Origin: Candidatus Cloacimonadales bacterium
Lineage (GTDB): Bacteria; Cloacimonadota; Cloacimonadia; Cloacimonadales; JAIOQZ01
Assembly (NCBI GenBank): GCA_963665815.1
Contig: OY762463.1
Coordinates: 576,001 to 640,000 of the forward strand
Reading direction: 5' to 3'
Length of the DNA: 64,000 nt
Shown here: positions 52,477 to 63,301 of the stretch, piece by piece
Position numbering within the stretch: position 1 is the first letter of the stretch
How the letters are laid out: each line of letters begins with the position of its first letter
Position numbers and translations under genes: made by a program
Notes under the pieces: generated by a model
The model's input: the letters and a program-made list of their open reading frames with translations, nothing else
Database searches by the model: none
Told to the model about the DNA's origin: nothing

Positions 52477-53703
52477 TCATTCAACATCTTCAAATTTATA
52501 ATACATTCTATTGCTATAATTACTTGCACAGTTCTCGGTATCCGTAAATACAGGAACATAGGTAGAATCTTCACAAGCTGAAATTTCTATTCGGCTATAA
52601 TTGTTAGTTTTGTAAAAGGCAATAGAGTTCCATTCATTACTATAATCATACTCAAATCTATCCTCGGTTACCAGGTACTCAGGATTGCCCCGATAACCTT
52701 TTATAATGAAATGTCTGTAAGAACTATTGTTCCACATCATTATTTTCATCATATTTTCCGGTATATTAAAAAGGTAAGTATAATTTCTATCACTTAAATT
52801 GAGTCTCTCAGATATCTCAATATCAGATCCTAATCGTCCATTTTCTGACTTGATTCCGCAAGTTCTCCATGTAACATTAAAAGAGTTCTGATAAAATCCA
52901 ACCGGATAGTATTTACTTTCTACATTTGTGTCAATAAAAAAAGAATCAATGTTTGAAACTTCGACATCAACGCGAGAGTCGAATAGTTGTTTCTGAAAAT
53001 ATATACATCTATTAAAAACTATTTCTCTTTGCAATTCAGCATATTCACCGGTATTATCCCAGCATTTAATTAAAAGATCTTTCTTCCCCGGAGGATGGAT
53101 AAAAACATTCCAACTGGCTGATGTAGGTTGGTTGTTATAAATTTGTCGAACAATTTCATCATTACAATGAACTTCTATATAACCGTGTCCGTTTTCGTCA
53201 AAAACACCAATATCCAGATCTACCAGTCCATATATCGTATCTGCTTCAGAAGAAGGACTATTAAACCATACTTCAGGAGGAACCCCATCTTTACTGCATG
53301 TTGTAAACGTATGGATATCCGTGTAATATCTGATTTCATTATAATTATCATCATCTAATGCAGCATATTCCCAGTAGTACTGAGTATTATTCTTAAGCTG
53401 TATCTCTGCAATATATATTGAGTCTACATCCGACCATATGTCATTTGGACTATCTAAAAACGGCGGATTAGAAGTATCGAGATAGAAATAGTGCTGATTA
53501 GTATTTATGTTTTTTCTTTTAATCCTGAAAACGGGAAATACCGACACACTGTCAGCACCTGCTTCAGGAGCAAATTCAGTTATGTAGTTGTTTTCATAAT
53601 TTGAATAATAATCACAGCATTCATCATAACAACCTGCAAGAATGAACATAACTACAAAGAGCATTAAAATTTTGACTGAAAGTGATAGTTTGAAGATACT
53701 CAT
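52477..53703 (-). CDS. Lipoprotein with FN3/Ig-like domains, paralogue of 53700-54956
   Basis: Lipobox LAGC; VSVFPVF, FYLDTSNPP, LKNNTQYYWE, FTT, PEVWFNSP. Confidence 0.7.
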   Translation of the reverse strand: MSIFKLSLSVKILMLFVVMFILAGCYDECCDYYSNYENNYITEFAPEAGADSVSVFPVFRIKRKNINTNQHYFYLDTSNPPFLDSPNDIWSDVDSIYIAEIQLKNNTQYYWEYAALDDDNYNEIRYYTDIHTFTTCSKDGVPPEVWFNSPSSEADTIYGLVDLDIGVFDENGHGYIEVHCNDEIVRQIYNNQPTSASWNVFIHPPGKKDLLIKCWDNTGEYAELQREIVFNRCIYFQKQLFDSRVDVEVSNIDSFFIDTNVESKYYPVGFYQNSFNVTWRTCGIKSENGRLGSDIEISERLNLSDRNYTYLFNIPENMMKIMMWNNSSYRHFIIKGYRGNPEYLVTEDRFEYDYSNEWNSIAFYKTNNYSRIEISACEDSTYVPVFTDTENCASNYSNRMYYKFEDVE

Positions 53704-54956
53704 CGTGTCTCCCGAAGTTCAAATTTAACATGGTTACTGCCATTATTCAATCCTGAATCTCTGATAAGAGTTTTTGAAGGTGTATAACTTGAATCCATAC
53801 AGCATTCTAACTGGAAGTAGTCAAATGAAGAAAACTTCAAATAACCCAGATTGTAGACTTCATTATTCCCGGAAGCGAGATGTAGTTTTCTCTTGTATTT
53901 CAAGTGTTCATTTCCGCTGTATGGTACGCCGGTGAAAATAAAATAACTGTAGTTAGATGTGTTAGTAAATATTGATATAAGCCCATACTCATCCGGAGAC
54001 TCAAATCTCAGAGTCTCCCCTATACTGCTGCTGTAAATTGTTCCTGAATGATTTATCACTTCTCCGAACAATAAACCATTATAATTGTTTCCATGCATAC
54101 TATATGTGTAGTTTATCTGATCACAATACTGAGGGAAGTACACTCGAAATTCACAATTGGGTGAAAGACTGAAGCCCTGATTAAAATCAAAATCAAATAC
54201 CATCGTATGATATGTATTGTTATAAACCGTTGTATAATAACTACTCAAAGTCCCATTATTTATTGTTACGGAATCAGTTCCAAAATCACCATCAACCTCA
54301 TAACATATTACTGTAAATGTATTCAAACCTGTTGGGAAATAGTCCAAATCAATAGTAAAAGTTTCATTTTCAGTAACATCATAATTTTCATAAATGATTT
54401 CATTGTTATCATCGATGCACTGCAATAATTCCATTTCTTTTTCTGAAGTGATTTGAACATTAAACTCTACATGATGATGTTCAGTTATATTGCTTTCAGG
54501 ACTTGTAATTTCAACAACAGGGATACTGTCGTCTCTATCAATTGTTGTAAATTCCTGAATTCCTGTTCTGTAAGTACTTGTAAAAATTTTCGTTTTACTC
54601 TCAAGAACTGCTTCCCAGTAATATGTTGTATTATTTTTAAGATTTCTAACTCTAAACTCAGGTGTGTAATTAGTAAAATCAACAAAGTTCAAAGTGTCGA
54701 TAGTTGAAGGTGGGTTTGTCTCACTAAGATAGAATGAATAAGAATAACTGATTTCTGAAAGATTATTCATTTTGAAAACCGGCAATACACTCACATCAAT
54801 TGCAAGACTGTCAGGTTCAAAATCTCTTATAGTGTAAATCCTTTCTAATGGTGGAACATATGGATTTCCATCGTTATTATCATTATCATCACCAAAGTCA
54901 ATATCAGTACAGCCGAAAAGAGCAAATACAATTACGAAAATTAGTAATATTCTCAT
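53700..54956 (-). CDS. Lipoprotein with FN3/Ig-like domains, paralogue of 52477-53703
   Basis: Lipobox LFGC; VSVLPVF, FYLSETNPP, LKNNTTYYWE, FTT, PVVEITSP. Confidence 0.7.
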   Translation of the reverse strand: MRILLIFVIVFALFGCTDIDFGDDNDNNDGNPYVPPLERIYTIRDFEPDSLAIDVSVLPVFKMNNLSEISYSYSFYLSETNPPSTIDTLNFVDFTNYTPEFRVRNLKNNTTYYWEAVLESKTKIFTSTYRTGIQEFTTIDRDDSIPVVEITSPESNITEHHHVEFNVQITSEKEMELLQCIDDNNEIIYENYDVTENETFTIDLDYFPTGLNTFTVICYEVDGDFGTDSVTINNGTLSSYYTTVYNNTYHTMVFDFDFNQGFSLSPNCEFRVYFPQYCDQINYTYSMHGNNYNGLLFGEVINHSGTIYSSSIGETLRFESPDEYGLISIFTNTSNYSYFIFTGVPYSGNEHLKYKRKLHLASGNNEVYNLGYLKFSSFDYFQLECCMDSSYTPSKTLIRDSGLNNGSNHVKFELRETR

Positions 54957-54982
54957 AAACCCTCCATCTATATAATAAATTA

Positions 54983-55855
54983 TCAGTTCATATATAAAGC
55001 CGGAATATCCTTCTCACTAATGCTGTTTAACAGAACTTTCTTCTGAAACTCTTTTATTTTCTCTGTGTATTGAATAACATAGGAGACACTTCTCAAGGCT
55101 TGCTGAGAAAATTTGTGGTGTATACCAAAAGCTTTGTTAAAGTTTATATAGCTGGCATCGGGATATGTATTAATAATAGAATTTGCATGTTTCATTCTTT
55201 CAATAAGAAACTTAACTTCTTCATTTACAGCAGTTTTATTAACAAGTAAATCATAAGATGTATATAATGGATATTTCTCAAGAAAGTAATTGCTGACAAT
55301 AGATGAATCAGTGTATTTGAAAGCATCGGGGATATCAAGAATCATAATTTCAAGGTTACCTTCAGAATAAGCTTTTTTCATTTTTCTAACATTCTTGAAT
55401 TGTACGAATTCTGTATCTTTCATGTCCTTACCAATTAAATTACACAATTCTTTCTGAAGTCCTTTATCAACATAACCTACTCTTGCATTGAGAAATGACT
55501 TATCATCTCCGGGATCATTCTTTGCAATGAGGAAATTTCCTCCTCTTAAAACAGGCATTGCCAGATTAACCTTCCCTGAAAGCCTTGTATCTACTGTTCT
55601 GGAAAACGGAAGAACCGCCAAGTGAACCTTTCCTTTTGCCATTGCGTTAACGAGATCATCCTCATTTCTATAGTATTTCATAACAAATTTACTATTATCA
55701 TATTCACTGTCACTAAGAGTCAGGATAACCGTGAAATTTGCTATATTTTTCCTTATCAATCCAATAGTTATCTTTCCATCACTATTACTACTACATGCAA
55801 AAAGTATTGCTGATAAAATAATCATTAAGATTAATTTTGTTCCTGTGTTTTTCAT
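54983..55855 (-). CDS. Periplasmic binding protein-like lipoprotein (SsuA/NlpA-like)
   Basis: Lipobox LFAC; ITIG..., DLVNAMAKGKVHLAVLP. Confidence 0.55.
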   Translation of the reverse strand: MKNTGTKLILMIILSAILFACSSNSDGKITIGLIRKNIANFTVILTLSDSEYDNSKFVMKYYRNEDDLVNAMAKGKVHLAVLPFSRTVDTRLSGKVNLAMPVLRGGNFLIAKNDPGDDKSFLNARVGYVDKGLQKELCNLIGKDMKDTEFVQFKNVRKMKKAYSEGNLEIMILDIPDAFKYTDSSIVSNYFLEKYPLYTSYDLLVNKTAVNEEVKFLIERMKHANSIINTYPDASYINFNKAFGIHHKFSQQALRSVSYVIQYTEKIKEFQKKVLLNSISEKDIPALYMN

Positions 55856-55860
55856 TATGC

Positions 55861-58800
55861 CTACTTATATACCGGAAGTTTTCCAAGTTTTTCTGCTTTT
55901 TTACCAGTGTTAACTGATGTTGCTATCACTTTATATAAATATGTGTTATTCGCTATTTCATCACCATCATCATCCCTGAGATCCCATTCTATCTGATTGT
56001 AACCGCTTGCAAAATCATCCAGTCCTTCAATTGTCTTTATCTTCTTTCCGGTCAATGTATAAACTTTGATCTTCACATTAGCTTTTTCAGATAACACAAA
56101 CGTAAAATTGAAATCTCCTTTTCCGGCAGGACTTGGGTATGGTAAAACATCTGTTACTGAAATATCTGCATCTGCGGATCCACCAGAAACATTACAGTCT
56201 ATCTTTTGAAATCCCGGTTCATTGAAATTATCGAATGCAATGAGATAGAATTCCTGTTTACCTGATGGAATATTCTCAAGTCTGGTTCTCAGTTCACCTC
56301 TTGTATAACTGTTATTGTAATAGTAAAAGTCCTCTGTGACATCCCATAAGTCATTATATCCTGTGAATCCTGCAAGAATCTTGTGTCCTGGTTTGGATAG
56401 AATATTTACACCATTTGAGTCAGATATTTCCGCAATAAGTAAAGGATTACTTGAAATGGACTGCCCCGGCTGATATTCTTTATTCTCAAACCAGATGTTT
56501 ATCTCAGGCTGATCAGTATTAACTGAACCTGTATCCTGTCCTCTGAAAGTCACTTCAGGGTTATAAGCAATATATTCTTCATGAGTTTGCTCGTCTTCAA
56601 GATAGACAATTACTCTACCAAGATCTCCTCCATATATATCAAACGGGACATAGAATTCAACATCATTGAATTCTCCATTAACAACATCTATTGTACCGCG
56701 ATATAGAGCTTTTCCGTTTTTGTAATATGTAACTGCATCATTAGGAGTTCTGTAAATTGTTGAAACGTCAGTATCCATAACAAAAACTGTTGCTTCACCA
56801 CTGATATCATTATTATTGAATGATCCGCTTATGGAAGCTTTGGAAAGAGCTTTTATAGTGTCTGACTGAGCACTGAATGTTACTGTATTGAATTTCTGAG
56901 GAGGATATGATGGAGTATAAGGATCACCAAAAAGTTGATAATAAAGTACTTGTGAACGAGAAGTTGATCCTGATTTTATCTCAAACATCGATTGACCTAT
57001 AGTTTTTCTTTCATTAATAGTTTTTCTAAGTAGAGTTCCAAAAAAAGTTGTATTTGCTCCTCCTGCTGTCGGTCTGGAAGCAGCAATTGACACTATAGAT
57101 CCGCCACTGGGTAACTCATGAATAAGCTCTGCAAGACTGAGTCCTGAATATTTGTCATATAGTCCCACAGAACAAGAAGCTGCCATGAAAACCGGAAGAT
57201 AGTCAATATTATCCAATCTGGCTAAATCAGGTACTGCAAAATACTTCTCATCACCAAGGGATGATTCAGAACCATGACCGTTATAATACCAGTAAAGATA
57301 ACCATCATTCAAGGCATCAACAATAATGTTTCTAACCTGCGGTTTATGTGCAAATTCATCAAGTTCGTATTCAATTGAATAAACTTTGTTTATCATAAAT
57401 GATCTATCAATCACTCCACTGTTACTTTCTGCATTCTCTGTGTGGTATACTTGATCAACCGATCCACCATTGTATTCATCATCAGCAATAATTAGACATC
57501 TGTTTCTCCATAAACCAGTTGCTCTGTCCAGAAAATAGCTTTCTGTTTTATTGATCATCTTTTCAAGAGCTGTTTCACTGATAGCTGAATACCTTCCTGT
57601 CATTATACTTGCCTTTGAATTATTTTCGAGGAAAGTATAAAAGTCATCAGATGCTGTAATACCGTTTGTAAGAATCGGAATAATTACCCTTCTCTTTTCT
57701 GTGTTTGATGAATTTGCAAAGTTTCTCCAGTCTTTTACTCCTGCTCCGAGAATAACAAGACTCTCAAGCTGGTTATGTGTTTCAAGTAGATACTTGCAAT
57801 ATAACTGAACTGCAACAGGATCCGGCATTCCGCAGTTGAACTGATCAAAAACTTTCTGCTGATCAACAACTTTTGCATTTATTCCCATAGATTCTTGGTA
57901 GATATCAACTAATCTTTGACCCTGACTTAGGAACTCTTCAGGAGCAAGTATTATACTCTGGATATTCTCCGTACCGGATATTAAATCTTCTGCCTGATAT
58001 TTGCTGATAGATGCCACACTTTCCAGATCATTCTGATTAACAATATAATATTTCTGCTCAGCATCTCCATTAAATGTAAAACCATCAGATGTTGTTTCAT
58101 AAGGTCTGAGTACAACATCATGAAAATTATCTACTTCAAAAATCAGCATATCAGATTCAGGTGTACCTGTAAATCTATACGTATTTGCAATAGACTCATA
58201 ATCTTTGTTATTTAGCATGAATGTTTCATTTTGATGCTTCACAAAGCTCTGCATGTAAGAGAATTGTAGATAATCAAGATAAATAGAAATACCTGCTGCA
58301 CGAGTAACTTTGATTTTTACATTATTATTACCTTCAGTCAGAAGGTCTCCTTCTTTAATGAATCTGAGGGCATTTGTTGTGTTAACCATACCTTCATAAG
58401 TACTTTCACCGAATATCTGGTTATTATTAGAGAAAACTTCTATTTTATGGCTGTAGCTTGAATTAGAGCCATGCTCCTGTCTTACGCGCATAAACATCGT
58501 CTGGGGATCTGTTGTAACAATATCCTTTATGGGAATGTCATAATCATGATTAGTAATCAGGTTACCGAGATACGCAAAGTTATCGGAGTACCATTCTAGA
58601 GTATTATAATAGTATTCTACAGCTTCCTGCTCATATCTGTATGTTGCTTTATGCTTTTCCTGAGTATATTCCTGCATTGATATTGATTGAGTCTCAATCC
58701 TTTCTGATGGTTCTGAATCTGAATCCAATTGCAGCCAGTAAACACCATTAGCGGAATAAGGATTAAAATAACTTTCGTCATTAAGATTTTTATCACCATC

Positions 58801-59733
58801 TCTGTTCTCAGCATAGAATAGAATGTAATCTCCTGAATCAAAACTGTGATCATCTTCCCCACTGATCATTAATGGAATCTCTTCTATTGGTAATCCGGTA
58901 TTAGTATTGTATGTACCCTCATTCTTTACTTCCATCTGTCTTCCGCTGTTAGAGTACATTCTGAACTCTGTTGGATCCTTATCAGATAAATTACTGATAA
59001 CATTATTTAACTCACTGTATGTTAATTTATGGATTCCTGTTTCAGAAACTTCTATTTTATACCAGATACTGTGATCTCTGAAGTTCAAATGCTCAACGGT
59101 TGATTCTCGCATTGTATTCCATGTACGTAATCCTTCCGGATTAATAAAATTTCCTGCAACTGTTTTAACAATGGTTTCAGAAATCTGACCTGTTTGAATG
59201 CCTCTGCTTTCTCCTGCAATAGTAACTTCCAGAGTTAAACCTGTATATACTTCAAGATCACCTGAACCTGCATTATATATAAAAGGATGAATTTCTATAG
59301 GTATATATTCTGCATTTCTGAATTTTGCTTTAACTCCAAGCTTTATAACTTGCTGAGCAGATGAATTCTTATCAGAATCTATATTGTATACAGGAACAAA
59401 ACTTTCACCGTCCTCTTTTATGGATGGATGAGGTTGAGGAGGAAGCTCAAGTTTATGGGTTTTACTTTGCTGATCAATAATCCTGTATGTAATATGACCA
59501 CCGGGAGGAATTACAGCATTCCGTGTAAGATATGGAAGATAGTATTTCCCGGGCACATTATTATAGTCAGCGATATCGCTTTTTATCTCTGTATATTCGC
59601 TATTTTCAAACAGTTGATAATCAATGTTTGTTAGTTCAATCAAAAATCTGTTTTTATCTAATTCTGTAGTTTTTACGTTTACCGCATTAAGTATCGAAAA
59701 CGAAACAAGCATAATTATTAATGCTATTCTCAT
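55861..59733 (-). CDS. C25 (gingipain-family) peptidase, PorU sortase-like
   Basis: Propeptide-like N-terminus, WYKIEVSETGIHKL, DYILFYA, VFDQFNCG, ASDDFY, catalytic YNGHG and AASCS, LFGDP, FlgD-like CTD. Confidence 0.85.
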   Translation of the reverse strand: MRIALIIMLVSFSILNAVNVKTTELDKNRFLIELTNIDYQLFENSEYTEIKSDIADYNNVPGKYYLPYLTRNAVIPPGGHITYRIIDQQSKTHKLELPPQPHPSIKEDGESFVPVYNIDSDKNSSAQQVIKLGVKAKFRNAEYIPIEIHPFIYNAGSGDLEVYTGLTLEVTIAGESRGIQTGQISETIVKTVAGNFINPEGLRTWNTMRESTVEHLNFRDHSIWYKIEVSETGIHKLTYSELNNVISNLSDKDPTEFRMYSNSGRQMEVKNEGTYNTNTGLPIEEIPLMISGEDDHSFDSGDYILFYAENRDGDKNLNDESYFNPYSANGVYWLQLDSDSEPSERIETQSISMQEYTQEKHKATYRYEQEAVEYYYNTLEWYSDNFAYLGNLITNHDYDIPIKDIVTTDPQTMFMRVRQEHGSNSSYSHKIEVFSNNNQIFGESTYEGMVNTTNALRFIKEGDLLTEGNNNVKIKVTRAAGISIYLDYLQFSYMQSFVKHQNETFMLNNKDYESIANTYRFTGTPESDMLIFEVDNFHDVVLRPYETTSDGFTFNGDAEQKYYIVNQNDLESVASISKYQAEDLISGTENIQSIILAPEEFLSQGQRLVDIYQESMGINAKVVDQQKVFDQFNCGMPDPVAVQLYCKYLLETHNQLESLVILGAGVKDWRNFANSSNTEKRRVIIPILTNGITASDDFYTFLENNSKASIMTGRYSAISETALEKMINKTESYFLDRATGLWRNRCLIIADDEYNGGSVDQVYHTENAESNSGVIDRSFMINKVYSIEYELDEFAHKPQVRNIIVDALNDGYLYWYYNGHGSESSLGDEKYFAVPDLARLDNIDYLPVFMAASCSVGLYDKYSGLSLAELIHELPSGGSIVSIAASRPTAGGANTTFFGTLLRKTINERKTIGQSMFEIKSGSTSRSQVLYYQLFGDPYTPSYPPQKFNTVTFSAQSDTIKALSKASISGSFNNNDISGEATVFVMDTDVSTIYRTPNDAVTYYKNGKALYRGTIDVVNGEFNDVEFYVPFDIYGGDLGRVIVYLEDEQTHEEYIAYNPEVTFRGQDTGSVNTDQPEINIWFENKEYQPGQSISSNPLLIAEISDSNGVNILSKPGHKILAGFTGYNDLWDVTEDFYYYNNSYTRGELRTRLENIPSGKQEFYLIAFDNFNEPGFQKIDCNVSGGSADADISVTDVLPYPSPAGKGDFNFTFVLSEKANVKIKVYTLTGKKIKTIEGLDDFASGYNQIEWDLRDDDGDEIANNTYLYKVIATSVNTGKKAEKLGKLPVYK

Positions 59734-59868
59734 TTATCCTCCACAATAATAATCTCTATTAATAATCTTTATCAAAGATTAAGCATATTTTAATCCAAAC
59801 AGAAAATTGACAACAACATTAAAAATGTCAACCTCTAAGAAAAGTTATGTATTTTCTATACAATTATA

Positions 59869-59949
59869 GAGCTCTGCATAATAGCAAATAAAAACGAGTT
59901 GCTTTGGTGGAAAAAATCGAGTCAACTACTCCATTTAAACAAAGCACTC
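59869..59949 (+). mobile_element. Internally deleted MITE family A copy
   Basis: GAGCTCTGCATAATAGCAAA ... AAAATCGAGTCAACTACTCC (identical to the array unit). Confidence 0.65.
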
Positions 59950-60137
59950 AATTGAAATTAATGATATTCTTGCATAATTAATGTAAATGAATTTTTTCCG
60001 TTCATCAGATTTTAATGTAAAATGGTTGTTACCCTGTAAAGTTAACAATATATTTAGTTGCCGCTCCCTTATTTATGGTTTTGAGAAAACATTATCCCTA
60101 TATCCGAAAAATGTATTCTCGGAAATAGCTGATACTA

Positions 60138-60353
60138 TTACATAGCTTTCAGTTCATAATTACCAAAACGATTTTTCAAATGATCATCTAAAACAACTGA
60201 GAGATTTAAAGCAGGGATATCTTTGATGTCAGTTTTGCCATTATACTGATCAAAAATCATTGCCTCATACTTATCTTCTGCAACGTCTCTATCGATAATC
60301 AAAGACCCAACACCTTTCAGCCCTTGTTTAATAAGATAAATACCTTGTTTCAT
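60138..60353 (-). CDS. Small hypothetical protein (71 aa)
   Basis: AGGAG RBS upstream; plausible composition. Confidence 0.55.
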   Translation of the reverse strand: MKQGIYLIKQGLKGVGSLIIDRDVAEDKYEAMIFDQYNGKTDIKDIPALNLSVVLDDHLKNRFGNYELKAM

Positions 60354-60698
60354 ATTCTCTCCTGTTACTTATTAAACTTAAAATTAAATATCTTGTTACT
60401 GAAAAAATGAATCATTTTATTAACCACTATTTTAAAATAAAATATAAATTACTTTTTTTTATCAGTGAAAGTATCAAAAATTCAAAGTTTTAATTGTAAA
60501 AAAAACTTAGCATTACATATAATTTGAAATGAGATATAAATTTTCCTGCTTCTTCAATTTTTATTTTGTGAATCTGTAACTTATACGTTATCAATTACTA
60601 ATAAAACTCACATATAAGATAATAGAAACTCTTTGAAAAAGCAAAAAAAAGTGAAGATATTTATTGCGTAAAAATAGGGCATTTTTAATTTAGATTGT

Positions 60699-61514
60699 AT
60701 GAGAAACAATGAATTAGCAATTACTTTTGAGTCAAACTACAATATGTTTTTTACGGCAGCCTTCAGAGTTACAGGAAATGTTGAAGATACGGAAGATGCT
60801 ATCCAGAATTCAATGATTAAAGCGTACTTGAATTTGAAAGCTTTTCGATCCGAATCTAAGTTAAGTACATGGATATTCAGAATAATATTGAATGAAGCAT
60901 TAAACCTTTCAAGAGACAGAAAAAAACTACCTACAACAAAATACGCAGAAACTCATAACATGACAGAAAACCAGGTATATGATTATATAAATTCTTTTGG
61001 ATTATGCGATAATAATGTTATAAATGAAAAAACTCGTGAATCCTGTCTGCAAATGTTTATGAATTGCATGCCCGGTTTATTGAGGGTCACATACACACTA
61101 AGAATAATCCTAGAATTTTCTACAGCTGAGACTGCCGAAATACTGAAGATTAGTCAAAATAATGTTAAAACTCGATTATACAGAGCCAGAAAAATCATTC
61201 GTGATCATTTTACAGGTAGATGTTCTCTTATAAAAAAAGATTCAATGTGTAATTGCAGAAGTTATGCAAAATTTCTGGTTCTGAATGACAAAGCTGATAA
61301 ACTGATTCGTGTTGACATCTTGAGAAACGATGAAAAAGAAGCTGTTCTTGAATTTGAAGATGAGATAAAGAAAATAAATGAAATAGATGATTTTTACAGA
61401 AATAGTTTCTGTATTGATAGTGATGACAATTTTAAAAGAAGAATCATAAATATCATAAAATCAGGTGAGTTACGAATATTACAGAACTCAGATCTCAAAG
61501 CTGATAAACTCTGA
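60699..61514 (+). CDS. ECF RNA polymerase sigma factor with Cys-containing C-terminal extension
   Basis: DTEDAIQ, FRSESKLSTWIFRI, STAETAEILKISQNNVKTRLYRARK; extension CSLIKKDSMCNC. Confidence 0.88.
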   Translation: MRNNELAITFESNYNMFFTAAFRVTGNVEDTEDAIQNSMIKAYLNLKAFRSESKLSTWIFRIILNEALNLSRDRKKLPTTKYAETHNMTENQVYDYINSFGLCDNNVINEKTRESCLQMFMNCMPGLLRVTYTLRIILEFSTAETAEILKISQNNVKTRLYRARKIIRDHFTGRCSLIKKDSMCNCRSYAKFLVLNDKADKLIRVDILRNDEKEAVLEFEDEIKKINEIDDFYRNSFCIDSDDNFKRRIINIIKSGELRILQNSDLKADKL

Positions 61515-61594
61515 GTTATTTGAAATCAAAATTTAAACTCTTAAGGGAATCCCACACCCGTTTATTCTATGTGCTCTTTAATATATTCGTATCC

Positions 61595-62104
61595 CTACTT
61601 CTTTATAGCCTTTAATCTTTCTAAAACAGAGTCCTTATGTCTTCGGACAAATTCAGATGCCGGCTCGTGTTTACACTTTCTGCATGATACATCATATGCT
61701 GAGTTCATGGTTCCACATTCAGGGCATGTATGCAATTGTTCCATTAATTCATTCCATTCTGTCAGATCTTCTTTTTTTAACAGTTCCAGACTTTCCCATA
61801 ATTCGATTCTGTGAACAGCGTTTTTCTGAAACTCCTCTAATTGTGAACATGGATAATCTTTACACCTTGAGCAAAATTTTACATCTCTGCTCTGGGAGCA
61901 TTTGAGAAATTCACATTCCCGGCATTCAACATATCTCGTATCTGATCCACATCCATAGCAGAGAGCTTCATCAGTACTTATTCCAAGCATATCAGCCAGT
62001 GTTTGCAATCTGACTCTGTCATCTGTAGATGCTATATACAAAGTACAGGCAGCACAATTAAGTCCACAAACAGCAATAAGCTTTTCATTAATATTCATTA
62101 ACAA
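61595..62104 (-). CDS. DUF3795-like Cys-rich metal-binding protein
   Basis: CGLNCAAC, CYGC, CRECEFLKC, CSRCKDYPC, CPECG. Confidence 0.8.
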   Translation of the reverse strand: MLMNINEKLIAVCGLNCAACTLYIASTDDRVRLQTLADMLGISTDEALCYGCGSDTRYVECRECEFLKCSQSRDVKFCSRCKDYPCSQLEEFQKNAVHRIELWESLELLKKEDLTEWNELMEQLHTCPECGTMNSAYDVSCRKCKHEPASEFVRRHKDSVLERLKAIKK

Positions 62105-62543
62105 CCCCCTTGGAACTACTCACAATTGTAAATTCTGTATTTATAGCTACCCGTGTACTCAGCATATCTGTAACAGGACATAGATTGTGAATTGCATAAT
62201 CTGAGATCTCGGTAAGCATATCTTTATTTATATCTTCTGAGTTTACTCTGATATGGATATCGATATTTTTTAATGAAGTAGGATGCTCAATTCTCCTTTC
62301 CCCTGAAACGGTTATGAACATACCATTTACAGATTTACTGTATTTACATACGATGATAGCCTTTAATGTTGTAGAAATGCAGCTTGCAACACTCATAAGC
62401 AGCAATTCCAGAGATGTGTAGCCTTCTCCTGACCCCAATGGTGGAAAGTAATCAATAACTATACCGGGATTATCTCTAACAGAACCTTCAAATTTTACCT
62501 TATTATCAATAAGTCTCAATTCACAACTAAGTAAATTTTCCAT
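62088..62543 (-). CDS. OsmC-family protein
   Basis: SLELLLMSVASC, LCPV. Confidence 0.85.
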   Translation of the reverse strand: MENLLSCELRLIDNKVKFEGSVRDNPGIVIDYFPPLGSGEGYTSLELLLMSVASCISTTLKAIIVCKYSKSVNGMFITVSGERRIEHPTSLKNIDIHIRVNSEDINKDMLTEISDYAIHNLCPVTDMLSTRVAINTEFTIVSSSKGVVNEY

Positions 62544-62587
62544 ATTTTCTCCTAATTTTACAGTATGCTAAAATCATTTTTTTAAAA

Positions 62588-62616
62588 TTAGACAACTGAG
62601 AACAAAAAAGGTTACA
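62588..62616 (-). promoter_or_regulatory. Candidate ECF-sigma promoter upstream of the OsmC-family gene
   Basis: Minus strand TGTAAC-N16-TGTCTAA. Confidence 0.55.
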
Positions 62617-62650
62617 TTCGAAATATATTTTTTTTAAAAATTATGTAATC

Positions 62651-63301
62651 TTACAGATTATCGTTTTTCTGAGGGAAAAAATCATTCAGAATTTCAATTT
62701 GCTTCAACACTTTGATTACTTCACCGGTTGAATTATAATATTCCCATTTTGAATATCCGTCTATAGTAACGAAGCGTTTAGTTTTCAACTCTCCTGCTTC
62801 ACCAAATTCACTTTGCAGATACGCATTGTATTTCTTACCGGCTAACTCAATATTCTCAACTTCTTCAATGTAAAGTGAATCAAAATGACACAGAAAACCA
62901 TTATCAATTAAATCATCACTTGTGAAAGAGCCCACACGTGAGCTATATGACCAGAAAACCGGAGTATCATAGATGTTTACTTCACTAAAATACTTTGCTC
63001 CAATTTTGTACACCATACCATTCTCCTGCTTAATTATTGCAGAATATCCATCTTCATTGTCCCAGCTATAGAGAAAAGCATCCTGATAAGTTCCATGAAT
63101 ATAAAGAGTATCAAGGAAAGTCTGAGATTCATCCAGGATTCCATTATTATAGAATGTGTTTTCATATACCCATGCTTTCCCAACAGTCAATGGAAACTCA
63201 TTGGGTAGAGAAACAACGTTCTCTGGTCCTGTTGAATTATTACAAGCGATAAATGATAATCCCCAAATTATCATTATACAGAAATAAATTATTTTCTTCA
63301 T
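62651..63301 (-). CDS. Lipoprotein of unknown function
   Basis: Lipobox FIAC, STGPE, FPLTVGKAWVY. Confidence 0.7.
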   Translation of the reverse strand: MKKIIYFCIMIIWGLSFIACNNSTGPENVVSLPNEFPLTVGKAWVYENTFYNNGILDESQTFLDTLYIHGTYQDAFLYSWDNEDGYSAIIKQENGMVYKIGAKYFSEVNIYDTPVFWSYSSRVGSFTSDDLIDNGFLCHFDSLYIEEVENIELAGKKYNAYLQSEFGEAGELKTKRFVTIDGYSKWEYYNSTGEVIKVLKQIEILNDFFPQKNDNL

